60,706 nt of DNA from Candidatus Saccharimonadota bacterium. GTDB lineage: Bacteria; Patescibacteriota; Saccharimonadia; CAILAD01; BJGX01. This document shows, piece by piece, positions 9,814 to 18,988 of the stretch. The notes beneath the pieces are model-generated. The model worked only from the letters and a program-made list of their open reading frames with translations, searched no databases and was not told the DNA's origin. The position numbers and the translations under genes were made by a program. Within the stretch, counting starts at the first letter, position 1. Every line of letters starts with the position of its first letter. Location: contig BJGX01000004.1 of NCBI GenBank assembly GCA_014191035.1, positions 1-60,706 of the forward strand, in the 5' to 3' direction.

Positions 9814-9842
9814 ATATTATCATGGAAGCACTTAATTGGCAA
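9814..9842 (-). promoter_or_regulatory. Sigma-70-like promoter for the infC operon
   Basis: On the minus strand: TTGCCA (9842-9837), 17-nt spacer, TAATAT (9819-9814). Confidence 0.45.
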
Positions 9843-9858
9843 GTGTTTATAGGAGGGA

Positions 9859-10650
9859 CTATTTTTGTATATCAGCTTTTTTTGATATTAGTCTGATAGT
9901 TTTAGGGGATTTGCCAATTAAAATAGATTGATTATAGATTCTTCCTGTCGAATCTTTTGCTTTTGATAGGGAATTGATTCTGAAGTTTTTTGCGTGCAGG
10001 CTAAGAATTAAACCCTCTCTTTTTTCTGAGTTGGTATTAAATTTAGCAATAAATTTAGCAAGCACAGTTTTATTTTTGCTTTGCTGTTTTTGCGATTCTA
10101 TCTTGTAGGCCGTAATCTGAATAGGGGTTTTTGTTAAATAACTGTCATCATTGAGGTTTTCTATGGAAACCACACAGCTTGGTATTTTTATTTCTAGACC
10201 CTTATCTGTAGTAATAATTATTTTTTCTTTATGATTTTCATCAAAACTTAAATCTATCTTATCTAAAAAATACCGGCTAGATAAAGAATATATTGTTTTT
10301 TCGGTTATTTTGCGCTGAGATAGAGAATTAATGCTGTCCTGTATATTGCTAAGACCCAGATATTTAGACAGGCTTGATTTTTTAATGGGCAAATAACCAA
10401 CTGCGATATCAGAATCTAGCTTGCCCGTCTGGCCAATTAGCAAATTAAAGTCATTATCATCACCAATAAGTACAAGTGTATTTGTCGTCTGTTTTTTTAG
10501 AGAGCTTAAAATATCGCTCAATTCTTTTTCTCCGGAAAAGTTAATAAATTCACTATAAATTAGTTTTTTTTGTAGTTTTTCTCTGAGTTGAAGATTTAAC
10601 TTTTCATCAATAACTGTTTTGGAATTTGAGTTTATTAAGTATTTATACAT
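9859..10650 (-). CDS. Hypothetical protein, possibly a degenerate DAG-kinase/YegS-like fold
   Basis: LVLIGDDNDFNLLIGQ...VGYLPIKKSSLSKYLGL parallels the GGDGT...P.GT.NDF layout, but the catalytic glycines are missing. Overlaps the bactofilin gene by 8 nt. Confidence 0.35.
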   Translation of the reverse strand: MYKYLINSNSKTVIDEKLNLQLREKLQKKLIYSEFINFSGEKELSDILSSLKKQTTNTLVLIGDDNDFNLLIGQTGKLDSDIAVGYLPIKKSSLSKYLGLSNIQDSINSLSQRKITEKTIYSLSSRYFLDKIDLSFDENHKEKIIITTDKGLEIKIPSCVVSIENLNDDSYLTKTPIQITAYKIESQKQQSKNKTVLAKFIAKFNTNSEKREGLILSLHAKNFRINSLSKAKDSTGRIYNQSILIGKSPKTIRLISKKADIQK

Positions 10651-11008
10651 TTTCTGTGGTTGCCTTAATTTTTAATACCGCCCCTGGATCTATAGAGATG
10701 TTTTTAGAGTTGATACTTCCTTGTACTTTTCCGCAGCCTGCTATATGAATTGAGTCGGTTGCTAGCAAGTCAGCTTTTGCGAAGCCCTCTATGATAATTG
10801 AACGGGCAGTAATGGAGCCTGTTAGGCTTGAGTTTTTGCCAATCTCAACAGCACCAACTGTTTCTATGGATCCTTTAAATTCTCCATCTATAAAAACATC
10901 CTCTTCGGTTTTAATAGAGCCTTGGGCCTCTATTTCTGAGCCCAAAAAAATACCGGAATATCCAACCAGTTCAGATATATGTCCTTTTTTGCTAAGATTT
11001 ATCATCAC
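10643..11008 (-). CDS. Bactofilin-family polymer-forming protein
   Basis: Repetitive beta-helix pattern typical of DUF583: IDGEFKGSIETVGAVEIGKNSSLTGSITARSIIIEGFAKADL...VQGSINSKNISIDPGAVL. Confidence 0.8.
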   Translation of the reverse strand: MMINLSKKGHISELVGYSGIFLGSEIEAQGSIKTEEDVFIDGEFKGSIETVGAVEIGKNSSLTGSITARSIIIEGFAKADLLATDSIHIAGCGKVQGSINSKNISIDPGAVLKIKATTENV

Positions 11009-11469
11009 TTACTCTTTTGGTTTGAGGCTTCTTCTAAGGCTTTGGCCTCTTCTTTTGACAGGTTATGGCTTGATTTACCTTCTATAATGTCTTTTGCGTA
11101 GACTCTAGTTCCTGAACGAGCGTGCACAGCCGAAATGACAATACCATTATTCATATGATCAAGTATTGCTAGAGAAAAACTATGATCTCCTCCTGTATCA
11201 CCAAATGGGTTGAATCTAACTAAGCCCACCTTAGATATCGCAAATTGTTGAGTTTTGTGCAATTTGGCAGCAAAACCTGCCAGCTCATCGAGCTGAGAAA
11301 GCGCCTTATCAACATCCCCAGAGTAGCTTTTAATCATATCTTCTACTTTTTTAGCTTCGGCACCATCCAAAAACTGGCCATATTTTTTCTTGAGCGACAT
11401 TTGTTCCCATAGAATATAGCCAGCTAGGCCAGCGGTTATTAAAAATAGTATAAGTAGTAGTATTTCCAT
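11005..11469 (-). CDS. DUF4446-family membrane-anchored protein
   Basis: N-terminal TM helix plus VGLVRFNPFGDTGGDHSFSLAILDHMNNGIVISAVHARSGTRVYAK, matching the DUF4446 core as I recall it. Confidence 0.65.
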   Translation of the reverse strand: MEILLLILFLITAGLAGYILWEQMSLKKKYGQFLDGAEAKKVEDMIKSYSGDVDKALSQLDELAGFAAKLHKTQQFAISKVGLVRFNPFGDTGGDHSFSLAILDHMNNGIVISAVHARSGTRVYAKDIIEGKSSHNLSKEEAKALEEASNQKSK

Positions 11470-11559
11470 CTTTTCTAATCTATAACTATACTCTCAACAA
11501 GGGGTGCTTGGCAACAGGTTAACTTAGGTCTAAAATGGTACATAAAAGGAGAACAAGCT

Positions 11560-11862
11560 ATGGCAAAGAAGAAAAAACATAAATTAAGCAAAAGTAAGCA
11601 TAATAAAGTTGTCAAAAATACAACTATGAATAAGCCATCAAATCTGAAGACAAACCATATTCAGCAAAAAGATTCAGCAATCGAAAAAACTGTACATGCT
11701 AGTGATAGCCTAAGCAGTAAAGAAAAAGGTGTTATTACTGATGTTAAATTTAGTCTTTCTCTGCTAGGAATAATAATTGGCGCTTTTGTGCTGTTATATA
11801 TATTATTGCAGAATAAGTCTATTTCAGATCAGGTTTATGGAATTATAAAAATCAATTTTTAG
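11560..11862 (+). CDS. Small lysine-rich protein with a C-terminal TM helix (hypothetical)
   Basis: AAGGAG SD upstream of the ATG. No family recognised. Confidence 0.4.
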   Translation: MAKKKKHKLSKSKHNKVVKNTTMNKPSNLKTNHIQQKDSAIEKTVHASDSLSSKEKGVITDVKFSLSLLGIIIGAFVLLYILLQNKSISDQVYGIIKINF

Positions 11863-13355
11863 GCCCTATACTGTAATGCTTCTGCTATATGCTTGGTTTC
11901 AATCGATTTTGAGCCATCTAGGTCGGCTATAGTCCTACTTAATTTAAGAACCCTCATATAAGCCCTCGCGGAAAGCTTTAAGTTATTGATTGCCTGCTCC
12001 ATTAGGCTTTTGCCAGATTCATTTAAGTCACAGTATTTTTCTATTTGTTTATTAGTCATTTCGTTGTTTGAAGAGATGGGGTCTTTTCTAAATCGATCTT
12101 GCTGAATCTTTCTTGCATTTATAACTCTTTTTTTGACATCTGCGCTGGATTCAGAGCTAACCCTGTTCATTAATTGTGATTTCTTAACCCTTTGCACTCT
12201 AACTACAATATCTATTCTATCTAGAAGAGGGCCAGAAACCTTAGAGCTATACTTGTTTAATTGGGAGGGTGAACAGCTACATACATTTTCCTGATCCCCA
12301 GCATATCCGCAGGGGCATGGATTCTGAGCCGCTACTAATAAAAAACGAGCTGGGTAGTCTTGAGTGGTAGAGGCGCGAGATATAGTAACCCTTCCTTCTT
12401 CTAGGGGCTGTCTTAATACCTCCAGAACATTGCGCGCAAACTCTGGAATCTCATCTAAAAATAACACGCCTCTATGAGCTAGGCTTATTTCTCCTGGCTT
12501 AGGCCATTGACCTCCACCAATTAAAGCCACACTACTCGCAGTATGATGAGGACTTCTGTAGGGCCTGTTGCAAATAATTTCGTCCGTTGATTGTCCGGCA
12601 AGGCTATGTATCTTTGTTATCTCAATTGATTCATCATAACTGGGCTCAGGAAGAAGACCAATCAAAGATTTGGCAAGCATAGATTTACCTGAGCCCGGAG
12701 GACCACTTAGCAATATATTGTGATTTCCGCTCGCAGCTAATTCTATGGCCCTCTTTGCTTGCTCTTGACCGTAAATTTCGGACAAGTCAATATCGGCGAG
12801 TCTATCTTGAGGCTTGATCTTGGTTTGGTTCAGGGGAATTATTTTAGATTCTCCAATTAAATGACGATATAGCTGAGATAGTGACTCAACTGGATAGATT
12901 GTAATGCCTTCAATTAGAGCTGCTTGCTTTGCAACTCCGGCTGATATGTAGAGTTCGGTGATATTATTTTCAACGCAGGCTTGCGCGAGAGATAGGGCGC
13001 CAGCTATCGGCCTGGCCGTACCATCTAGGCCAAGTTCTCCCAAGAAAGCAGAGTTTTTATCTATTGTATTTATCTGTTTACTTGCAAGTAATAGGCTTAC
13101 GGCCATAGCTAAATCAAAACCCGAGCCATTTTTTGGAAGATCAGCTGGGGCTAAATTTAAAGTTATTTTTCTTGGTGGAAGATTAAGCCCAGAGTTTTTT
13201 ATAGCAGATCGAACTCGTTCTTTTGCTTCATCTACAGCTTTGTTAGCTAGCCCAACTACCATAAAGCCAGGCAGGCCATTACTGATGTCGGCCTCCACAA
13301 CTATTAATTGACAGTCTAATCCAATATTTGAGATTGTGTTAATTTTTGCAAGCAT
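11859..13355 (-). CDS. comM: Mg-chelatase-like AAA+ protein ComM/YifB
   Basis: Lon-like N-domain, Walker A GPPGSGKS, and GVLFLDEIPEF. Start set at MLAKINT (ATG 13355) with a GGGGG SD 5 nt upstream. Confidence 0.85.
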   Translation of the reverse strand: MLAKINTISNIGLDCQLIVVEADISNGLPGFMVVGLANKAVDEAKERVRSAIKNSGLNLPPRKITLNLAPADLPKNGSGFDLAMAVSLLLASKQINTIDKNSAFLGELGLDGTARPIAGALSLAQACVENNITELYISAGVAKQAALIEGITIYPVESLSQLYRHLIGESKIIPLNQTKIKPQDRLADIDLSEIYGQEQAKRAIELAASGNHNILLSGPPGSGKSMLAKSLIGLLPEPSYDESIEITKIHSLAGQSTDEIICNRPYRSPHHTASSVALIGGGQWPKPGEISLAHRGVLFLDEIPEFARNVLEVLRQPLEEGRVTISRASTTQDYPARFLLVAAQNPCPCGYAGDQENVCSCSPSQLNKYSSKVSGPLLDRIDIVVRVQRVKKSQLMNRVSSESSADVKKRVINARKIQQDRFRKDPISSNNEMTNKQIEKYCDLNESGKSLMEQAINNLKLSARAYMRVLKLSRTIADLDGSKSIETKHIAEALQYRA

Positions 13356-13427
13356 TTGAACCCCCTTGTTTTGAACCATATTATACAAACAAAAAACGAA
13401 AATCAAGCATTTCCGATATAAAATTAA

Positions 13428-13450
13428 TGGCCCTCATAAAATGAGGGCCT
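13428..13450 (-). terminator. Hairpin (9-bp stem), probably a minus-strand terminator
   Basis: ggccctcat-aaa-atgagggcc. On the minus strand it is followed by the U-rich attaatttta. Confidence 0.45.
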
Positions 13451-13560
13451 AAGGCCAAATTGATATTGGCCGTGAGGAGGTTGCTTTTTCTGAAGACTTT
13501 GTGAATTTACTTCAGGGTTGCGATTCGAGATTGCATACTTCTTAATCTAGCGCGCTTAAG

Positions 13561-13657
13561 GGTTGGTGCCCATCCCTCGAACTTTTACTAGCTGCGGGCT
13601 CACAGCCAGCCGGTTGGTGCCCATCCGGAATTTACACTAGCGGGCTCACTAGCAACC
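13561..13657. repeat. Tandem structured motif (two units: 15-nt box plus small hairpin with an identical loop)
   Basis: GGTTGGTGCCCATCC occurs at 13561-13575 and 13612-13626. Hairpins gctg-CGGGCTCA-cagc (13591-13606) and ctag-CGGGCTCA-ctag (13637-13652) follow. Closing helices are ggttg/cagcc and ggttg/caacc. Confidence 0.6.
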
Positions 13658-13684
13658 TAATTTAGGCTAGTTAAGTATAGCATT

Positions 13685-14773
13685 TTACTTGCTCTTATAC
13701 CATTTGGTTGCCGATTCAGGTGGTACTGTGTTTATTACCATCCCAGTTGCAACTTCGAATCCACCCCAGATGTTGCTTCTACCATATAACTTAATAATGC
13801 ATCTAAAATTTGGACTAGTTCCATTTTCTATATAAAAATTATAGCTAATCTGGGCGCCGGTTAGCTTTTCGGTGAGCATTTTAAGTTGTTTAGTACAGGA
13901 CTTTAGCTCAGTTTCGTTTATTTCTGTAAAATTTACAACATGTCTTTTAGGTATTATCCAAGCCTCGAAAGGGTAGATGGATGCATAAGGGCAAATAGCT
14001 ATAAAATGACTGTCCTCAAAAATTACACGTTGCTTCTGGCTCTTTTCGTAGGCAATAATGTCCTCAATAGGCTCTTTCTTTTTATCGATATAGTATTCTT
14101 CAATTTGCTTTGACTGCTCCAAGAACTTTTTGGGTATAATTGGCAGCGCATAGATTTGACTATGAGCGTGGGCTAAGCTTGCGCCTGCTTCGAACCCATC
14201 GTTTCTAAATACTAAAACGTATGCAATTCCTTTTTTGGCACTAAGATCTTTGATTCTTTGTTGGTAGGTCTTGAGTACGCGCTCAATTTGAGCTAATGAA
14301 AGTTGTGAGAAAGAAGTGTTGGCAAGGGGGGTATCGATAACGATTTCTTGGCTACCATGGGCCCTATAATTACCCATTGTGAGCGCAGGAAATCGATTCT
14401 GGACAACTTTTACTAGCCAGTCACCATCTTGCTTAAGGGTATAAACTTCTTTTTCCTTGTCTAGTCTGGGGCTGTCAGCGGTCTCTATAAGAGGGTGGCG
14501 ATTTTTATGAGTATCATAAGGGCGCTTGCCTCTGCCTGGAGATATTATTACGTATTGATCAAAAATATAATCTCTTCTTATCTCGGTTTCTATTCCTTCG
14601 ACATCTAAAATTATTGGTTTGCATTGCCAGGCATCACTTGGGTTTATCGTTTCTGTATCAATTTCGCAAGTAACATAGTCAATAAAAGAGTCGTCAAAAT
14701 TAGCTTTACCTGTACTTGATCCGGAATGGATGGATTTGTGGAGGTCTTTGGCCTTTTTGGGCTTATTTTTCAT
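13685..14773 (-). CDS. Galactose-1-phosphate uridylyltransferase-like (GalT branch of the HIT superfamily)
   Basis: SLAHAHSQIYALP carries an HxHxQ active-site motif in a two-half GalT layout. Adjacent to two GT4 genes. Confidence 0.7.
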   Translation of the reverse strand: MKNKPKKAKDLHKSIHSGSSTGKANFDDSFIDYVTCEIDTETINPSDAWQCKPIILDVEGIETEIRRDYIFDQYVIISPGRGKRPYDTHKNRHPLIETADSPRLDKEKEVYTLKQDGDWLVKVVQNRFPALTMGNYRAHGSQEIVIDTPLANTSFSQLSLAQIERVLKTYQQRIKDLSAKKGIAYVLVFRNDGFEAGASLAHAHSQIYALPIIPKKFLEQSKQIEEYYIDKKKEPIEDIIAYEKSQKQRVIFEDSHFIAICPYASIYPFEAWIIPKRHVVNFTEINETELKSCTKQLKMLTEKLTGAQISYNFYIENGTSPNFRCIIKLYGRSNIWGGFEVATGMVINTVPPESATKWYKSK

Positions 14774-14813
14774 ACTTCTTATGGTATCAAGATTGAAGTA
14801 TTTTTACCAACCG

Positions 14814-16052
14814 CTAGCTGATTTTTTTGTATATGCCTAAGAGTTTTTTAGATTGCTTTTCAATAGTTATTTCCATTGCCATTTTTTTGGCATTTTTACC
14901 ATATTTTTTTGAGAGTTCAGAGTTTTTAATTAGCTCTAGGCAGGCATCGCTGAAACTTTTGGTTGTATTGACTGCCTTAATGCCAGTTTTTTTATCTTCT
15001 GCAAGAGGTGATATTTCGTCATCAAGAAATACAATTGGTTTAGACTCGATAGCAGCCTCATTAAGCACCAGCCCCTGCGTATCGGTAGTTGAGGCAAAAC
15101 AGAAGATATCAGCCGACTTGAAGCAAGCAAAAGTGTCAGACCTGTCTAGCATTCCTGTGAAATGAACATTTTTTTTGATCTTTAAATCCTCAACAAGATT
15201 ATGAAGTTCTTCGGAATAAGGGCCGTCACCAACTATCAATAACTGTGTCATTGGTGATTGTTTGATGATTTTTGGCATGCTTTTAATTATTAGTTGGATA
15301 TTCTTTTCTTTACCTAGTCGCCCCACAAAAAGCAAAAGCGGGGAGTTGTTAATATTGTATCGATCTCTTGGGTTATAATCTGTTTTTGCCTTGGCCTCTT
15401 CTAGGTCTATACCAGTTGGTAGAACCTTAATGTTGTTAAATTTACCATATTCTTTTAAAGAGCGTTCCATTTTTATAGAAGGAACTATAACTGCGTCACA
15501 GTTTTGATAGAAAAGCCCCACACTTTCGATTATTAATTTGCGGTTCCATTTAGTAAACGACTTTTTGGGCTTTAGATTGGGAAGTATGTCTTTGTAGTGT
15601 TCCTTAGACTTAATTAGTGCAGGACCAATTAAGATTCCCACAAGTATACCTAGCATTATTTTTTTATATATTTTAGCGTATTGGTCTATGTCTGTGTGGT
15701 GTGTAACAACAGTTGGAATGCTATCTTCCTTTGCAATTCTAAGACCCAGCATACCCACTTGTGCCGGGGTGTGAATGTGAATAATGTCTAAATTTTCGTT
15801 CTTTACTTTCTTTATGGTTGAAGCGGTAAATGGCATAGTGTCTCGATGGTCCTCATACCATATGCTAGGGACAGACTTGAACCTTACTACATAGGGCGGG
15901 TCTTTTTTGGGCCGATTCTTTTTGGAGGGTTCGGGTGCATAAACTATTACTTTATGACCAAGCTTTATGAGCTCTTGTGCGAATATATCAACTGATACCG
16001 CAACACCATCCACTTGAGGATAATAGCGATCAGTGAAAAACCCTATTTTCAT
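14814..16052 (-). CDS. Glycosyltransferase family 4
   Basis: GT-B fold pattern: N-terminal FTDRYYPQVDGVAV and C-terminal STTDTQGLVLNEAAIESKPIV. Confidence 0.8.
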   Translation of the reverse strand: MKIGFFTDRYYPQVDGVAVSVDIFAQELIKLGHKVIVYAPEPSKKNRPKKDPPYVVRFKSVPSIWYEDHRDTMPFTASTIKKVKNENLDIIHIHTPAQVGMLGLRIAKEDSIPTVVTHHTDIDQYAKIYKKIMLGILVGILIGPALIKSKEHYKDILPNLKPKKSFTKWNRKLIIESVGLFYQNCDAVIVPSIKMERSLKEYGKFNNIKVLPTGIDLEEAKAKTDYNPRDRYNINNSPLLLFVGRLGKEKNIQLIIKSMPKIIKQSPMTQLLIVGDGPYSEELHNLVEDLKIKKNVHFTGMLDRSDTFACFKSADIFCFASTTDTQGLVLNEAAIESKPIVFLDDEISPLAEDKKTGIKAVNTTKSFSDACLELIKNSELSKKYGKNAKKMAMEITIEKQSKKLLGIYKKIS

Positions 16053-17074
16053 TTATTTTTCTCCAGGGCTTTATCATATATTGAGTTTATTTGTTTCATT
16101 ACTGTTTTGGTATCATATCTCAAGGCTATTTGAGATGATTTTTTCTTAGCTTCAGCATAATATTTTTTGTCTTGCGATAGTTTTTTAATTTTTTCTATAA
16201 AACCCTTATCGTCATGGGCCGATAAATACCAGTCTTTGAATGTAATTTTGTATTGGTCATTGTCGCGCAATAGAACAGGTAGGCCAGCAGCTGCACCTTC
16301 GATCATTACTATTCCGAAAGTTTCTTGTTCGGATGGCAAAAAGAAAACATCTGAGGCCTGGTAGTAGGCTATAACTTCTTCATGCTTAATGACCCCTGTG
16401 AAGATAACGTTATCTGGAGCGGTCTGCATAACCTTTTGCATCTCGTTATAGTTTGCAGCAGCCCTCTTAAAAGGAATGCCTCCAACCCAAATGAACTGAA
16501 TTTCTGGAAGGGCTTTTGCACAAGCTAGAAAACTATCAACTCTTTTTCTTGGCTGCACCTGTCCGCTACAAACAACTACGAATTTATCTTTTTGAATATT
16601 AAGTTTTTTTCTTGCAGATGCCTTTTTTTGAGGGGAGTTTGAAAAGGTCTGGGTGTCGAGCATATTCGGAACAACATACACGGGTGGCTTTATCTTCATT
16701 TCCGAAAGTTGGTCGGCTACCTCTTGGCTTACGGCAAATACACCGTCAGCTCTATTGTAGAACCATTTGAGATAGAGTTTTGCAAAGGGATACCAAAGTT
16801 TTGCACCTACCAAACTACCAACAAAAGAATCTGGTACGACGTGGGCAGAAACGAAAACTAAGCATTTTTTTGAGAGCAAAAATCTAATTCCGTATGCACC
16901 AACTGTGTGAATATGTACTATTTCAGTCTTTAAATTTTTCTCGTTAGTGTGAACTTCTAAATTTGGAGAGTATTTTTTTAGTCCATTAAGATGCTCGGTG
17001 TAGGCAGTATGAACTCCATGGCCTTGAACCGTAAACGCACTATCGGATATGACATTTATTTTATACTTTTTCAT
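16049..17074 (-). CDS. Glycosyltransferase family 4
   Basis: PSEQETFGIVMIEGAAAGLPVL is an EX7E-like motif. Overlaps the downstream GT4 gene by 4 nt. Confidence 0.8.
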   Translation of the reverse strand: MKKYKINVISDSAFTVQGHGVHTAYTEHLNGLKKYSPNLEVHTNEKNLKTEIVHIHTVGAYGIRFLLSKKCLVFVSAHVVPDSFVGSLVGAKLWYPFAKLYLKWFYNRADGVFAVSQEVADQLSEMKIKPPVYVVPNMLDTQTFSNSPQKKASARKKLNIQKDKFVVVCSGQVQPRKRVDSFLACAKALPEIQFIWVGGIPFKRAAANYNEMQKVMQTAPDNVIFTGVIKHEEVIAYYQASDVFFLPSEQETFGIVMIEGAAAGLPVLLRDNDQYKITFKDWYLSAHDDKGFIEKIKKLSQDKKYYAEAKKKSSQIALRYDTKTVMKQINSIYDKALEKNK

Positions 17075-17166
17075 ATTAGTCTTAACAATATTTTACTACA
17101 AAGGGTTCATTTTTGCCCAAATAGCTGAAATTTAATGCTTAAAATGTTAGAATTGTATAGATAATT

Positions 17167-18411
17167 ATGTATTTAGATTTATTTAGAAACACAAATTTTG
17201 TAAAAATCTGGATTGCCCAGTTGGCTTCTCAATTGGCTGCTCATCTTCTGAATTTTGCTTTGATAATTAGAATTTTTGAATTAACCGAGAAAACAAGCTA
17301 TGCAAATATCGCAGTTAGCTTGCTTATTTTGGCTTTTGGGGTACCTTCGATTATTTTTGCAGTATTGGCTGGAGCATATGTAGATCACTTGGATCGTAAA
17401 AAAGTGCTGGTGGTCACAAATATTGTTCGGGCAGTGCTAGTTCTGCTCTTTTTAGTTTTTGAGACAAATCTGGTTTTTGTGTATGTGATGGTTTTTGTTA
17501 TATCTGTCTTATCGCAATTCTTTACGCCGGCCGAATCAGCTGCATTGCCTCGCCTTGTAACTAAAAAGCAGTTTGTAGCAGCTAATTCTTTGTTTTTGTT
17601 CACTCTATATAGCTCTTTTATACTGGGCTATAGTTTGGCTGGCCCAATTATATCGGTAGGAGGGGCAAATTCAGTCTACTGGGTTACTTCGGCGGCATTT
17701 CTTTTGGCCGCACTATTAAGCGCAGGCCTTCCTAAATTGGCGCCTAAGGAACAGGGCCTCAATTTTAAGGCTATTAACCATCAAGTATTTGTAACTATAA
17801 GACAGACTACATATAAAATATGGAAAACTCCAATGTTATCTTTTCCTATCGCGAACTTAACTATTGGCCAAATGATTATTGGAATTATCGCCGTAGTCGC
17901 GCCAGGACTGGCGATTGTCTTATTTAATCAAAGCCTCGCTCAGGTGAGCGTCAAGTTGATTATACCGGCTGCATTAGGAATGGTTGTTGGCGCCGTAGCT
18001 GTAGGTCAATTCTTTAAGAACTTCCATAAGGCAAAAGTCATAAATGTAGGAATAGTAATCGCTGTAATATCATTAGTTTCAATTGGATTTGTCGACAGAT
18101 TAAAGAACTTTCCGTTTTATGATTGGATTGTTATTTCCATCGCTTTTGTTTTGGGTCTTGCCAACGCCCTGGTTAGTGTTTCTGCGCAAACGCTTCTTCA
18201 AGAGCATTCTACGGATGAGGAGAGGGGTAAAATTTTTGGAACTCTAAATATGATGATGAACTTAGCAGCATCCTTACCAGTCTTGCTTGCCGGCGTTACA
18301 GCAGATCTAATAAGTCCAGCGTCAGTAATGGTTATAGCAGGGGGCTTGGTGGCTTTATTTGGCCTATACCAGTTCCGAACAGTGAAGAAACATCTAAGAT
18401 ACGATATATAA
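17167..18411 (+). CDS. MFS transporter
   Basis: About 12 predicted TM segments, with a GAYVDHLDRKKVLV (MFS loop 2-3 like) motif. Confidence 0.8.
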   Translation: MYLDLFRNTNFVKIWIAQLASQLAAHLLNFALIIRIFELTEKTSYANIAVSLLILAFGVPSIIFAVLAGAYVDHLDRKKVLVVTNIVRAVLVLLFLVFETNLVFVYVMVFVISVLSQFFTPAESAALPRLVTKKQFVAANSLFLFTLYSSFILGYSLAGPIISVGGANSVYWVTSAAFLLAALLSAGLPKLAPKEQGLNFKAINHQVFVTIRQTTYKIWKTPMLSFPIANLTIGQMIIGIIAVVAPGLAIVLFNQSLAQVSVKLIIPAALGMVVGAVAVGQFFKNFHKAKVINVGIVIAVISLVSIGFVDRLKNFPFYDWIVISIAFVLGLANALVSVSAQTLLQEHSTDEERGKIFGTLNMMMNLAASLPVLLAGVTADLISPASVMVIAGGLVALFGLYQFRTVKKHLRYDI

Positions 18412-18454
18412 ACACTAGCTTTTTAAGCTAATTTGTGGTATAATGTCTTGTTAT

Positions 18455-18847
18455 GGGGCTGTTTAGCTTCGACGTTGAATCTTGAAATATGATTGCGAGT
18501 CGGTTTGGAAATACACGTTAGCTGTTTCCATCTTTAACAAATGCAAAATCATTTGTAGAGCGTTTGGTTAATGCCGTAAAGGCACCAGCCTACGCACCAG
18601 CTTTTGCTTAATTTGCACTGGCCATCGAGCCTTCAATATCTGATAGAAGGAATTCGGTGTAATTTATCAGATTGCAGTAGAACTTCTTGCTAGGTTCTAA
18701 TCAAGTCTTTTATAGCGAGCAAGTTTAGGGCTTATTGCGCTAGTCTATAGAGCACTAAATTTGTAAAACTTATAAGATTAGCTACGCTCGTAGAAGTCAT
18801 ATTGGAAAGTTTAGCGGACGTGGGTGCAATTCCCGCCAGCTCCACCA
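18455..18847 (+). ncRNA. ssrA: tmRNA (SsrA)
   Basis: 5' GGGGCTG pairs with 3' CAGCTCC-ACCA (G3:U70). T-arm-like GGACGTGGGTGCAATTCCCGCC. Tag ORF from GCA 18543 to TAA 18609-18611. A TATAAT lies at 18439-18444. Confidence 0.9.
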
Positions 18848-18852
18848 AAAGA

Positions 18853-18881
18853 AGATCATAAGATAAAATGGTCTTTTTTTG
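18853..18881 (+). terminator. Intrinsic terminator after ssrA
   Basis: Stem agatcat / atggtct (includes one U:G pair), followed by a T7 run. Confidence 0.6.
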
Positions 18882-18988
18882 TGTTCATTATTATTGTATT
18901 TATAACAACATAATATATAACTTATGCTTTAATAATCCAGCATAACCTGTTAGAATTTGGGCCTGTACCTTGCAGCTTAAGGAGATGC

